64,000 nt of DNA from Candidatus Pacearchaeota archaeon (GTDB lineage Archaea; Nanobdellota; Nanobdellia; Pacearchaeales; GW2011-AR1): contig JAGLWM010000001.1 of NCBI GenBank assembly GCA_023133415.1, positions 13,207 through 77,206 of the forward strand. Direction: 5' to 3'. The position numbers and the translations under genes are program-made. Shown one piece after another: positions 52,236 to 61,547 of this stretch; positions within the stretch are counted from its first letter, which is position 1; every line of letters begins with the position of its first letter. Below the pieces are notes generated by a model, which was not told the origin of the DNA, ran no database searches, and saw only the letters and a list, made by a program, of their open reading frames with translations.

Positions 52236-52688
52236 ATGGTGAAAGATATGGTGAAGAAGATGGCGATTGAAACTGTTGGTGGTCAGGATGAGTCAAAGGA
52301 GGTTGTTAAGAAAAGGCAAGTGTCTTCTGGGAAGAAAAAAATGACGGCGAGGGAGAGGGATGAGTTGTTGATTGAGAATTTTGTTGGGTTGCAACATGCG
52401 ATGACTAATATGTCGGTTAAGTTTGGGATGTTGTCTGATAATATTTCGAAGCTATTGCAGATTTTTGAGGAGAGCGCAAAGAATTTTATATCGGGAGATC
52501 GGAAAACTAGTGACGCTGAGATGTTGAAGAAGATTGATTCGTTGTTGAATCAGAATAAGACGATTGCGAAGGGTTTGGTTTTGATGGAGGGAAGCTTAAG
52601 GGGTAGAAGTGAGGAACCGCCAATGGCGACAGCTCCATATAGGGCTGAAAATTTACCCCCTAAGCCTAAGCCACTTCCAAGACCATGA
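52236..52688 (+). CDS. Hypothetical protein
   Basis: 150-aa ORF overlapping the next gene by 4 nt. Confidence 0.4.
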   Translation: MVKDMVKKMAIETVGGQDESKEVVKKRQVSSGKKKMTARERDELLIENFVGLQHAMTNMSVKFGMLSDNISKLLQIFEESAKNFISGDRKTSDAEMLKKIDSLLNQNKTIAKGLVLMEGSLRGRSEEPPMATAPYRAENLPPKPKPLPRP

Positions 52689-53401
52689 ATTCTAAAGAAA
52701 CTTCTTTGATTGTGACGCATCCTTTTATTCAGGGGTTTGTGTTTTCAATTATTCGGACTATTGGGGCTAGGAGTTTTGAATATAGGAATCGGGAGGTTGT
52801 ACATGCGGATTTAGTGCCGAAGGTTTCGGAAAATGTAATGAAAGCATCGCTGGGGAGGAGGATTGTTGAGGTTCCGAGAATTGGGAGGGTTGAAGTTAGG
52901 AGGAGGGATATGGGTGCGTTAGTTACTCCGATTGGTGTTGTCGATAGGCGAAAGATGGAAATGAGACGAGATGTTGTTGTTCCGCAGAAAATGGTTTCTC
53001 CCAGAGGGCCCGTCTTGCCTCCGACTCAGGATATTCCCGTAGCTGCTGTGCAGGATATTGGACTGCAAGTTCCTCAAGGTGAAGTTGTTGTTGGTCAGGA
53101 TTATGGGAAAATTATTCCTTTGTTGAGTGATCCTTCGGTTTCTAGTATTGAATGTTGTGGAATGGGAAAGCCTATTTCAATTATTAGGGCGGGGCAGAGA
53201 CAGATGACAAAAATTGTTTTGAATGGGAAGGAGATTGGAGACATTTTGGAGAAGATGGCGGATGCTGCTCATGTTCCGTTGGTTGAAGGAGTATTTCGGG
53301 TGATGGTTAATGGGCTTTCGGTCAATGCGGTGATTTCAGAAATAATTGGTTCGAGGTTTGTGATTAAGAAGGCAACAGCATATGGATTGTTGGAGAAATA
53401 A
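52685..53401 (+). CDS. FlaI/VirB11-type secretion ATPase N-terminal domain homologue lacking the ATPase domain
   Basis: DPSVSSIECCGMGKPISIIRAGQRQMTKIVLNGKEIGDILEKMADAAHVPLVEGVFRVMVNGLSVNAVISEIIGSRFVIKK parallels the N-domain (DP.v.DI...G...v.v...g....TN......E.l...v.kla...g..i....P.vda.lpdGsR.......FtIRK). The protein stops before any Walker A motif. Confidence 0.45.
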   Translation: MNSKETSLIVTHPFIQGFVFSIIRTIGARSFEYRNREVVHADLVPKVSENVMKASLGRRIVEVPRIGRVEVRRRDMGALVTPIGVVDRRKMEMRRDVVVPQKMVSPRGPVLPPTQDIPVAAVQDIGLQVPQGEVVVGQDYGKIIPLLSDPSVSSIECCGMGKPISIIRAGQRQMTKIVLNGKEIGDILEKMADAAHVPLVEGVFRVMVNGLSVNAVISEIIGSRFVIKKATAYGLLEK

Positions 53402-53446
53402 TTTTAAAATCGAAAGGTTTAAAGTCAGTGGATTAATTTTTTATGG

Positions 53447-53785
53447 ATGAAAAAAGGTTCGGATAATGAATTCATAAGAAAGAAATTAGAAACACGGAAA
53501 GCGATAAGGAAGACTGTAGAAAGTTTGTGTTTTTCGTCTGAAGAAATTGAAAGCCTGCGTAGCATTTATAAGAAAATTGCGAGTGTTGAAAGTTTGAACA
53601 AGGTTTATAATAGTATGCAAAATTTAAAAAATCTTGAATTATGGAAGAGGCTTCAAGAGAAAGCTATAAAAAATTATGATAATAATGTAAGTTATCAGGA
53701 ATTTACGGGCAGGGTTCTTGGTTTAAATGAGAACCGGTGGGAATATTTTTGGAGCTCGGGAAGAATAAGTGATATTCCTTGCTGA
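53447..53785 (+). CDS. Hypothetical protein
   Basis: 112-aa ORF. No motif. Confidence 0.35.
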   Translation: MKKGSDNEFIRKKLETRKAIRKTVESLCFSSEEIESLRSIYKKIASVESLNKVYNSMQNLKNLELWKRLQEKAIKNYDNNVSYQEFTGRVLGLNENRWEYFWSSGRISDIPC

Positions 53786-53829
53786 TTTGAAAAGGATAAT
53801 TTTAAATAATTATTAAATTCGGTTTTATT

Positions 53830-54111
53830 ATGGAGAATGAGATTTCGAGGGAGAAGTTGGATAGGTATTTTGACTTGACGAGTCGGGGATTGGTTGAGGT
53901 TAAGAAAAATGTGATTAAGGGGAAAGATAGTGAGGCTGGGGAGATTATTGAGATGGTTTCGAATTATTTGTCGGATGCGCGGCATTTTGAGAAGAAGGGG
54001 GATTGGGTGAGTGCGTTTGCGGCTTTGAATTATGCGCATGGATGGTTGGATTGTGGAGTAAGGATTGGGGTTTTTGATGTGAATGATAGGGAACTGTTTA
54101 CGGTTTGTTGA
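53830..54111 (+). CDS. DUF357 family protein
   Basis: YLSDARHFEKKGDWVSAFAALNYAHGWLDCGVRIG matches the remembered DUF357 core. Confidence 0.6.
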   Translation: MENEISREKLDRYFDLTSRGLVEVKKNVIKGKDSEAGEIIEMVSNYLSDARHFEKKGDWVSAFAALNYAHGWLDCGVRIGVFDVNDRELFTVC

Positions 54112-55352
54112 TTGTGTTTTTGGAGGGTATTTCTTACACAAAAGGTAATACTTATACAATAAAAATTATAGACTCAGAAGACCAGAAAGAAATTCCTGGA
54201 GAAAATATACTCTATGGCGGATTTGTTGATGGGATATCTACCGAATCTGATGTACTTATGTTTAGAGTTTATGAGCCACTGAGCGGAAGAGATGGGGGCG
54301 TTGAGGTGCCAAGGATATATTTCGTTTCTGGCGAGCTTAATGACTATATCCCAAGAACCAAAAAGGAAGCTTGTACGTTGCTTGATTTAGCTGGTGCTAA
54401 GCAAGGTTATAATTTGATATTTAAGATTGAAGAAGAACTGTTGGATCCCCTTGCTATAAAAATGGCGGAGAATCCCAATCAATTGACAAGGGGCTATACG
54501 CCGACGGATCCTATAAAATGGATTATTGGAACAAACTATTTTGGAATGATGAACGAGGCTTTTGATGCAATTCCGGATAATATGATTACTGATGCAGTTA
54601 CGGGAGCGAATATGGATACAAGGTATTTGGCAGGGTTTTTTGATTCGATGAATGAGCTCACAATTACAAGATTTAAGCCACCGGTTATAGATAAACAAGT
54701 TAGATATTGGTCTGTATGTGTGTATCAACCTTTGAATGCCCTACTTTATGGCTGGGCTTGCGCAAGATATAACGAACTTCAAGTGGATTCAGATGGATAT
54801 GTAACAATAATATATTCATCACCTAAACACAAACCTGAAGGAGTGTGTGATCCTGTAAATGGTGTAACCGGTAATTGTAAATATAATTGGATGCACTATG
54901 GAAGCAAGACTCCTCTTTCGTGGATTAGGCAACTTGTATCAAACGACAATTATAAAGAATCATTAGTTAATTATAAAGGGAATAATTATGATGCCGAAGC
55001 GCTAAAAGCACATATGGGGGAGTATTATCCCAAATCATGGTATTGTAGTAAGGCGGAGTTTAAACAGCGAGGATTGGATTGTGGGAAATTACCTGAAGAA
55101 TTAGTTACCGAAATCTTCCCCGATATTATAGCTAAATGCAGATTAACCTGCAAATCTGCTTACGTAACAGATTGGCATAAAGGAGAATGTCAAGAATGTC
55201 AAGAAGGGTACATATTAGTTGAATGTGAGAAAAAAGGAATGTTTTGGTGGAAAAAGTATAGAGAAGCTTGTGAGAAGATTTATGAAACTGAATGTTTAGA
55301 GAATCCAAAATGTGAATATAATGATGTGGAAATAAGAAGGGAAGAGTGTTGA
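54105..55352 (+). CDS. Hypothetical protein with a DUF1214-like middle region and a Cys-rich C-terminus
   Basis: RYWSVCVYQPLN...DSDGYVTIIYSSPKHKPEG recalls DUF1214. The C-terminal ~70 aa contain 10 Cys. TTG start is uncertain. Confidence 0.4.
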   Translation: MLIVFLEGISYTKGNTYTIKIIDSEDQKEIPGENILYGGFVDGISTESDVLMFRVYEPLSGRDGGVEVPRIYFVSGELNDYIPRTKKEACTLLDLAGAKQGYNLIFKIEEELLDPLAIKMAENPNQLTRGYTPTDPIKWIIGTNYFGMMNEAFDAIPDNMITDAVTGANMDTRYLAGFFDSMNELTITRFKPPVIDKQVRYWSVCVYQPLNALLYGWACARYNELQVDSDGYVTIIYSSPKHKPEGVCDPVNGVTGNCKYNWMHYGSKTPLSWIRQLVSNDNYKESLVNYKGNNYDAEALKAHMGEYYPKSWYCSKAEFKQRGLDCGKLPEELVTEIFPDIIAKCRLTCKSAYVTDWHKGECQECQEGYILVECEKKGMFWWKKYREACEKIYETECLENPKCEYNDVEIRREEC

Positions 55353-55584
55353 ATATTATGCAAAGCAATTTGCTCTTTTTTGTTTAGTGATTTTTTGTTT
55401 GTATTGTTGAAGTTTTTCCCTATAGTAAACATGTTGCTTTGATTTCAGTGGCATGTGATTTATCTCAAAGACTTTTTTAATTATTGACATATACTAAAGA
55501 CAGAAAACAAAATTTATAAAAGATATTTTAAAGAATTTCAACTCATTCCAAAATATATATAAATCAAAATTACTCTTTGGTTAC

Positions 55585-56265
55585 ATGAAAAATGTGTGGG
55601 TGATTAGTCTTGGTGGTTCGAGGATTGTGCCCGATGATGTGGATGATGAATTTTTGTTGAAGTTTAAGAAGTTGTTGGATTCGCATAGGTCGCAGAGATT
55701 TGTGGTTGTAACTGGTGGGGGTTCGACGGCTCGGAAATATATTGTGGCTTTAAGAAAGTTAGGAGAGGGGACATGGAATCAGTCGATGGAAGGAATTGCG
55801 GTTACTCGGTTGCATGCTGGTTTTATGACGAGATTTTTTGGGAAGGAGGCGAATGAAGAGATTCCGATGAATATGAAAAGGGTTCGGAATATGCTGGGAA
55901 AGAATAGAATTGTATTTTGTGGAGCGTTGAGGTATCGAGATAAGAATACGAGTGATGGGACTGCAGCGAAGATTGCTGGGTTTTTGGGATGTCCTTTCAT
56001 TAATTTGACTAATGTTCGGGGACTTTATTCTGCAGATCCGAGGAAAGATAAGAGGGCGAAGTTTATTTCGAAGATTTCGTGGAAGGATTTTTTGAAGGTT
56101 GCTAGGAAGGTTAAATATGAGGCGGGGCAACATTTTGTTTTGGATTTGGTGGCAGCGAGGGAAATTGCGAAGAAGAGAGTTGTGACTTATATTGTTGGGT
56201 CGTTGAAGGCGATGGATGGGATTTTGAAGGGGAAGAGGTTTATTGGGACGATGATTGAGGGGTAG
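55585..56265 (+). CDS. pyrH: UMP kinase, archaeal type
   Basis: VISLGGSRI, VVVTGGGSTARKYI and DGTAAKIA motifs. 226 aa. Confidence 0.8.
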   Translation: MKNVWVISLGGSRIVPDDVDDEFLLKFKKLLDSHRSQRFVVVTGGGSTARKYIVALRKLGEGTWNQSMEGIAVTRLHAGFMTRFFGKEANEEIPMNMKRVRNMLGKNRIVFCGALRYRDKNTSDGTAAKIAGFLGCPFINLTNVRGLYSADPRKDKRAKFISKISWKDFLKVARKVKYEAGQHFVLDLVAAREIAKKRVVTYIVGSLKAMDGILKGKRFIGTMIEG

Positions 56266-56368
56266 ATATTATCAGTGATGTCTATAATCGCTATTTTCTC
56301 TATTTGCATTTTAATAATTGTCTTTCTGAAGTGATAACATTTAAATAATCTGATTGTTTTGGATTTTT

Positions 56369-58123
56369 ATGGCAATTCGAGATGAGATATTGAACTATCC
56401 TGATTTGATTAATTCAGCAGTAAGTGTGTCAAATTTTGGGCGTAGGTTGGATGTTTCTGGGAAGTGTGCTATTCAGAAGCCTGAGTCTATGGGGTTAACA
56501 AAGATTATTGATGAGGTGTTTAGGAGTTATGAGGATTGGACTGGGTATGATAGATCTGGAGTTGTAAAATCTTATGCGTTGAAGTCATTTTTAGATTTTA
56601 GTTCTGATAGCGAGAGGATTCGTGATAAGCAAGATACTCATAAATATTTTTATGGTAATGATGAATTGCGGGAGCACATAAGAGAAGGGGATGTTCCAAA
56701 AGAGATGGGTTTTTATTTTAATCCAAATAAGCCGCATGAATATTTACATAAAGTTTTTACGAATAAGAGACTTTATGTCGAATATATGAAAAAGTTAAAT
56801 AGACTTGTGCGAGATCCGACGTCTCTGACATTGAATAAATTAAAGTCTTTTCTCGATAAAGTGGAGGTAAATGAGGTTGCTGATATTGATGAACAAGATA
56901 GGGATGTTAGGGATTATGATGTTTATTTGAGCGTATCGCGAAGTTTTGGTGATAGTTTGAGTTATGGTTTTAATGCGAAGAATTCTAAAGGAGAGGTACT
57001 TGATTTGAATACAGATAGAATTAAGAGCTTTGGAGAGAAACATGTTGCTTCGGTAATGTCTGATTTTTCTCATGCTGTTTCTAAGAAATACAAAGAAAAA
57101 TTTGATTCGCTTGAGGTTAGTTTGAGTGGTTTGGAAGATTTGACTATTGAAGGTGTTAAGAATAAGTTTATTGGGTCCAAGAAAATTGTTATTGATAAAT
57201 TAGGTAAATATGTTATCGATGAATTGAAGAATATCCTTGTCGGGAATGTTGTCCTTGGTTGGGAGAAAGATAAGGGTGAAAAAGAGGTGCAAAAATATTC
57301 TGCTGTGACATCTGACTTTTCAAGATTTTGGCAGAATTTGAGATATTTTACACATATGGGTGATTATTTTCATAAGTTGGAGGGTGAGGGGTATAAGCTT
57401 TGCATGCCTGAGATTGTTGACATGGAGGAGAATGTGATGGAAGTGAAATGCGGATCTAGTTTTAATTTGATGAGGAATATGTCTAGAGAGGAAATTGTTA
57501 CGAATGATATTAAGATTGGGAAAGATAGGAAGCATGTATATGTTATCACTGGTCCGAATAAAAATGGGAAGACGACATTTGTGAATATGTTTACAGGGTT
57601 TCAGACGGCGTTTCAGGATGGGTGGTATCTTCCTTGTGAGTCTGCGAGGGTTTCTTCTAAGTGTGGAATAAAGTCGTTTTTTCCTGAGGTTGTTTCCGAG
57701 GATGATGCTGAGTCTCGGTTTTCTTATGAGGGAGTTAGAATGAGGGAGATTTTTGAGAATGTTGAGGATTATTGTATTGTGCCTATTGATGAGCCGTTTA
57801 CTTCTGCGCCGAATATTAAGACGGGCGATTATTTACGGAAGATTGTTGGGAATGTTATGCCACATACTCCGAATGTAACTTATATTATTACTTCGCATGA
57901 ACATAGTTTGATAGATGTTGTAGATGGCCTTCATGGAGGACAGAATCTTAAGGCGGATTCCAGGGGCGAGGGAAAGAATATTGAGTTGTTGAAGAAGATT
58001 ATGCCCGGGTCTTCTACTGTCATGAATTCGGATGGTTTGCTTGAAGATATTGGGGCTGATCCTGATAGTCTTTTGGGATATGTTAAGAATAAAGCTAAAG
58101 GGGGAAAATTAACTTTTAAGTAA
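56369..58123 (+). CDS. MutS domain V-like ATPase with a novel ~380-aa N-terminal region
   Basis: VYVITGPNKNGKTTFVNMF (MutS-type Walker A), IVPIDEPFTSAPNIKTGD (Walker B region) and ITSHEHSL. No mismatch-binding or clamp motifs were recognised. The start is moved to ATG 56369. Confidence 0.55.
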   Translation: MAIRDEILNYPDLINSAVSVSNFGRRLDVSGKCAIQKPESMGLTKIIDEVFRSYEDWTGYDRSGVVKSYALKSFLDFSSDSERIRDKQDTHKYFYGNDELREHIREGDVPKEMGFYFNPNKPHEYLHKVFTNKRLYVEYMKKLNRLVRDPTSLTLNKLKSFLDKVEVNEVADIDEQDRDVRDYDVYLSVSRSFGDSLSYGFNAKNSKGEVLDLNTDRIKSFGEKHVASVMSDFSHAVSKKYKEKFDSLEVSLSGLEDLTIEGVKNKFIGSKKIVIDKLGKYVIDELKNILVGNVVLGWEKDKGEKEVQKYSAVTSDFSRFWQNLRYFTHMGDYFHKLEGEGYKLCMPEIVDMEENVMEVKCGSSFNLMRNMSREEIVTNDIKIGKDRKHVYVITGPNKNGKTTFVNMFTGFQTAFQDGWYLPCESARVSSKCGIKSFFPEVVSEDDAESRFSYEGVRMREIFENVEDYCIVPIDEPFTSAPNIKTGDYLRKIVGNVMPHTPNVTYIITSHEHSLIDVVDGLHGGQNLKADSRGEGKNIELLKKIMPGSSTVMNSDGLLEDIGADPDSLLGYVKNKAKGGKLTFK

Positions 58124-58124
58124 T

Positions 58125-58382
58125 ATGATAGATGTTGGTTGTAGATATGAGGAGACTAAACGGATGTTAATTGAAAAATTAAATGATCCTTATAATATTG
58201 AGGTTTTGGTTTCTGGGGATGTTGCTGATAACCATGTATGTTATTTTTGTGAGGGGAAAATTCCTGAGGGAGGTGATATGTTTAAAGTAATATATCGTCA
58301 TCTTAATGTTAGGGGTGGCGTTGATGAGGCGACGTATTTTGTTGATGAGGATTGTATGAAATCAATAAGGGCGAAGAAATAA
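58125..58382 (+). CDS. Small hypothetical protein, starts 2 nt after the MutS-like gene
   Basis: 85 aa. One CYFC motif plus scattered Cys. Confidence 0.4.
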   Translation: MIDVGCRYEETKRMLIEKLNDPYNIEVLVSGDVADNHVCYFCEGKIPEGGDMFKVIYRHLNVRGGVDEATYFVDEDCMKSIRAKK

Positions 58383-58406
58383 AAACTCTTTTTTGTTTGT
58401 AATAAT

Positions 58407-58967
58407 ATGAAAGATATAAATTTATTCAAAACAAAAGATTCAATCTATTTGAAGAAAATCAAATCTAAGGCAGAGCTCTCTAAAGATGAAAAGGTTGATG
58501 GATTTTTGATTGAATCGTCGGAAAAAGAAGCAAGGCGGATTATTGACAGCTTAAAAGACAGCGGAAAGAAAATTGCAATTGTTGGCGGAGATGATGTATT
58601 TAATCGTCGGGCAGTTGAAACTTTGAAGATTAATTATTTGGTTTCGCCCGAACGTGGAAGTAAAAAAGATACCTTGAAGCAAAGAGATTCTGGAATTAAT
58701 CATGTCGTTGCGAAGGAAGCAGCGAAGAGAGACATTGTGATTATTATTGATTTTAATGAGATTCGAAAATTAAAGAATAAAGAAAGGGCGTTGAGATTGG
58801 GGCGCCTGATTCAGAATGTGAAGATTTGTCGAAAAGCTGGGTGCACTATTAAAATTGCGAGCTTGGCGACAGACAAGAAAAGTAGTATTGATGAGCGTGG
58901 GCGAAAGTCGTTTGGTGTGAGTCTGGAAATGTCGAGTATACAGACAAGTAAATCTGTGCAATTCTGA
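58407..58967 (+). CDS. rnp3: RNase P protein component 3 (Rpp30-like)
   Basis: IAIVGGDDVFNRRAVETLKINYLVSPE, DSGINHVVAKEAAKRDIVIIIDFNEI and ICRKAG..IKIASLA follow the p30 TIM-barrel pattern. Confidence 0.6.
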   Translation: MKDINLFKTKDSIYLKKIKSKAELSKDEKVDGFLIESSEKEARRIIDSLKDSGKKIAIVGGDDVFNRRAVETLKINYLVSPERGSKKDTLKQRDSGINHVVAKEAAKRDIVIIIDFNEIRKLKNKERALRLGRLIQNVKICRKAGCTIKIASLATDKKSSIDERGRKSFGVSLEMSSIQTSKSVQF

Positions 58968-58984
58968 AAAAGTTTATAAATAAT

Positions 58985-59593
58985 TTATTTTATTAATTCA
59001 TTATAATATTTTTCCCAACTCAAATGATAATCTAAACCCTTTAATTGATCATTCTCGATAAATCCCCCTCTACTTTGAAAGTATTTAGCAAGAAAATCCA
59101 ACTGTGAACCATTTAAACATCCTTCATAAAAATTGCCTTCGCGATTTAAAATCAGACCTAATCCATTTGGATTAAGTATTTGTGTATAAGGTTCCTCTCC
59201 ATAAGTAATTATGTGTGTTTTTGCTCTTGTAATTATGTCTGTGAATGCTTTTTCTTTCATAAACATGTCAATTATGTTTGGAACTCTGCAACTTTGTTCA
59301 GAAGTAATATATTTTTCTATTTTATCACCGTGGGTAAAAATACGTGGCTCAAGACTCAAATACAACAAACTTTCTTTTTTTGCAATCTTTATTCCATCCC
59401 AATCTTCAACCTCCGTTTCATTATCTATATAAGAATCCATTGTTTGTGCAAAACATAAATCAAAGTTGTGGAAATCGGGATTTAATGTTGTATTCCCTGT
59501 AACAATTGGTTTTATCTTTTCAGAATATGCAAAAGGAAGTTCGTCGCTAATCTTATTTTGTGCGATTGGTTCTTTAAGATATTTTAGTTCCAT
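58985..59593 (-). CDS. Hypothetical protein
   Basis: 202-aa ORF. No motif. Confidence 0.4.
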   Translation of the reverse strand: MELKYLKEPIAQNKISDELPFAYSEKIKPIVTGNTTLNPDFHNFDLCFAQTMDSYIDNETEVEDWDGIKIAKKESLLYLSLEPRIFTHGDKIEKYITSEQSCRVPNIIDMFMKEKAFTDIITRAKTHIITYGEEPYTQILNPNGLGLILNREGNFYEGCLNGSQLDFLAKYFQSRGGFIENDQLKGLDYHLSWEKYYNELIK

Positions 59594-59704
59594 AAAAAAG
59601 AATGTAAATTCATTTTATAAACTTTTCTTTTTATAGTGGTAACGTTAGCCAATTATTATTTTGATTCTGAAAATGTTTATAAAAGAAGTTTGTTATTTGA
59701 TTGA

Positions 59705-61453
59705 ATGATTGAGTTGACTGGGAGAGTTGTTGAAGCGGTGAATGGTGTTGCACATCATATTGGGGCATTGCCGCCGAGCGAGGCGATTATTTTTGATATT
59801 GCTGTGATTTTGATTTTGTCGGCGATGTTTGCTTTTGTGGCGCGGACGCTTCGCCAGCCTTTAATTCCAGCGTATGTTTTGACGGGTTTGGTTTTGGGTC
59901 CGTTGGTTTTTGGTGTTGTGAAGAATTTGGATCTGATTGGCGCATTTAGTGAAATTGGGATTGCGTTTCTGTTGTTTACTGCTGGATTGGAGATTTCGCT
60001 TAGGAAGATTCGTGAGGCGAATTTGAAGAAGATTGCGTTGATTGGTGTTTTGCAGGTTGGGGTGATTTTTGGGGTCGCTTTATTGTTGGCAAATTTTTTG
60101 GGGTTGGGTTCTTTGCAGGCGGCCTATATTGGAATTATTTTGGCGTTTGGTTCGACGATGGTTGATATTAAATTATTGTCTGATCGGAATGAGTTGGTAA
60201 CGCTTCATGGTCGGTTGGTTTTGGGGATTTTGTTGTTGCAGGATTTGGTGGCGATTGTTGCAATTGTTGTTTTTACTGGTGGTGGTTTTGCCATTTTGCC
60301 TTTGACTGTTGCTTTTATAAAGTTAGGTTTGATTTTGTTGGCTGCCATTTTGTTACAGAGGTTTGTTTTGAATCGATTGTTTAGGTTTGCGGCGCAGTCG
60401 AATGAGTTTTTGTTTTTGTGTTCGTTAGCTGTTTTATTTTTCTTTATTATTTTGGCTTATGTTTTTGAGTTATCTATTGTGATTGGTGCTTTTATTGCTG
60501 GGGTTAGTTTAGCGAATTCTCCGTTTAAGTTCGAGCTTGAGTCGAGGATTTCTCCATTGAGGGATTTTTTCGCGATTTTGTTTTTTGTGGCTCTTGGGAT
60601 GCAACTTGTTTTTGTGGGGATTGGAGACCGGTTGATTTTGCTTGGGGCTTTGTTGATTGGAGCATTTTTGGTTAAGCCTATTGTGACGTTTGTATTGCTT
60701 CGGACTACTGGGTATCAGCCGCGAACTGGTTTTTTGACGGCGATTTCTTTGGCACAGCTTTCTGAGTTTTCGTTGATTATTGGAATGATAGGTGTGACTG
60801 CTGGTGTTTTGGACAGTTCGATTTTTTCGACGGTGATTTTGGCTACGATTATTACGATGTCGGTTACTCCTTATTTGATTGAGTATAAGGGCGAAATGTA
60901 TCGGTTTTTCCGTTATCCAATTAGGTCGTTGAAATTTTTGCCTGTTCGGGAGGTTTTGTGCTATGAGGATAAGAAGGATAAAGAAGTTTTGTTAGTTGGG
61001 TCTCATCGGATGGGTGGGGCGTTGATGGAGGAATTATTGGACAAGAAGGATAAATTGTTGGTTGTTGATTATAATCCGGAGGTGATTGGAGCTTTAATGA
61101 AGAAGAAAATTTCTTGTGTTTATGGAGATATTTGTAGTCCGGGTATGATTGATAAGCTTAATTTGAAAAAGTTAAAGTTGGTTGTTTCGACGATTCCTGA
61201 TTATGAGCATACTCGGTATTTGTTGAAGAAGTTCAGGAAGATTGCGCCTAAGGCCAAAATTATTGTGACGGGAAGTCGGATTAGTGAAACGATGAAATTG
61301 TATCGGGCTGGGGTGGATTATGTTGTGACACCGAAGATTTTGGCTGGACAAGAATTGGCTAATATTGTTCATAACAGGAAGGTTGGAGATTTGAAGAAAG
61401 CTAGGAAGAAGCACCTTACTCACTTGCGTGAGATTCATAGATTATTATATTAG
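59705..61453 (+). CDS. Cation:proton antiporter (CPA2/Kef-type) with a C-terminal RCK/TrkA-N domain
   Basis: About 12 TM helices with LIPAYVLTGLVLGP and EIGIAFLLFTAGLE. C-terminal Rossmann motif VLLVGSHRMGGAL. Confidence 0.8.
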   Translation: MIELTGRVVEAVNGVAHHIGALPPSEAIIFDIAVILILSAMFAFVARTLRQPLIPAYVLTGLVLGPLVFGVVKNLDLIGAFSEIGIAFLLFTAGLEISLRKIREANLKKIALIGVLQVGVIFGVALLLANFLGLGSLQAAYIGIILAFGSTMVDIKLLSDRNELVTLHGRLVLGILLLQDLVAIVAIVVFTGGGFAILPLTVAFIKLGLILLAAILLQRFVLNRLFRFAAQSNEFLFLCSLAVLFFFIILAYVFELSIVIGAFIAGVSLANSPFKFELESRISPLRDFFAILFFVALGMQLVFVGIGDRLILLGALLIGAFLVKPIVTFVLLRTTGYQPRTGFLTAISLAQLSEFSLIIGMIGVTAGVLDSSIFSTVILATIITMSVTPYLIEYKGEMYRFFRYPIRSLKFLPVREVLCYEDKKDKEVLLVGSHRMGGALMEELLDKKDKLLVVDYNPEVIGALMKKKISCVYGDICSPGMIDKLNLKKLKLVVSTIPDYEHTRYLLKKFRKIAPKAKIIVTGSRISETMKLYRAGVDYVVTPKILAGQELANIVHNRKVGDLKKARKKHLTHLREIHRLLY

Positions 61454-61547
61454 TAATTTGTGAAAGGTTGACGTTGGAAGTCTTGGTGATGTGCGACTTG
61501 AAAATATGGTACGAAGAACTTAAAAAGTTATAATATATTGAAGTATA

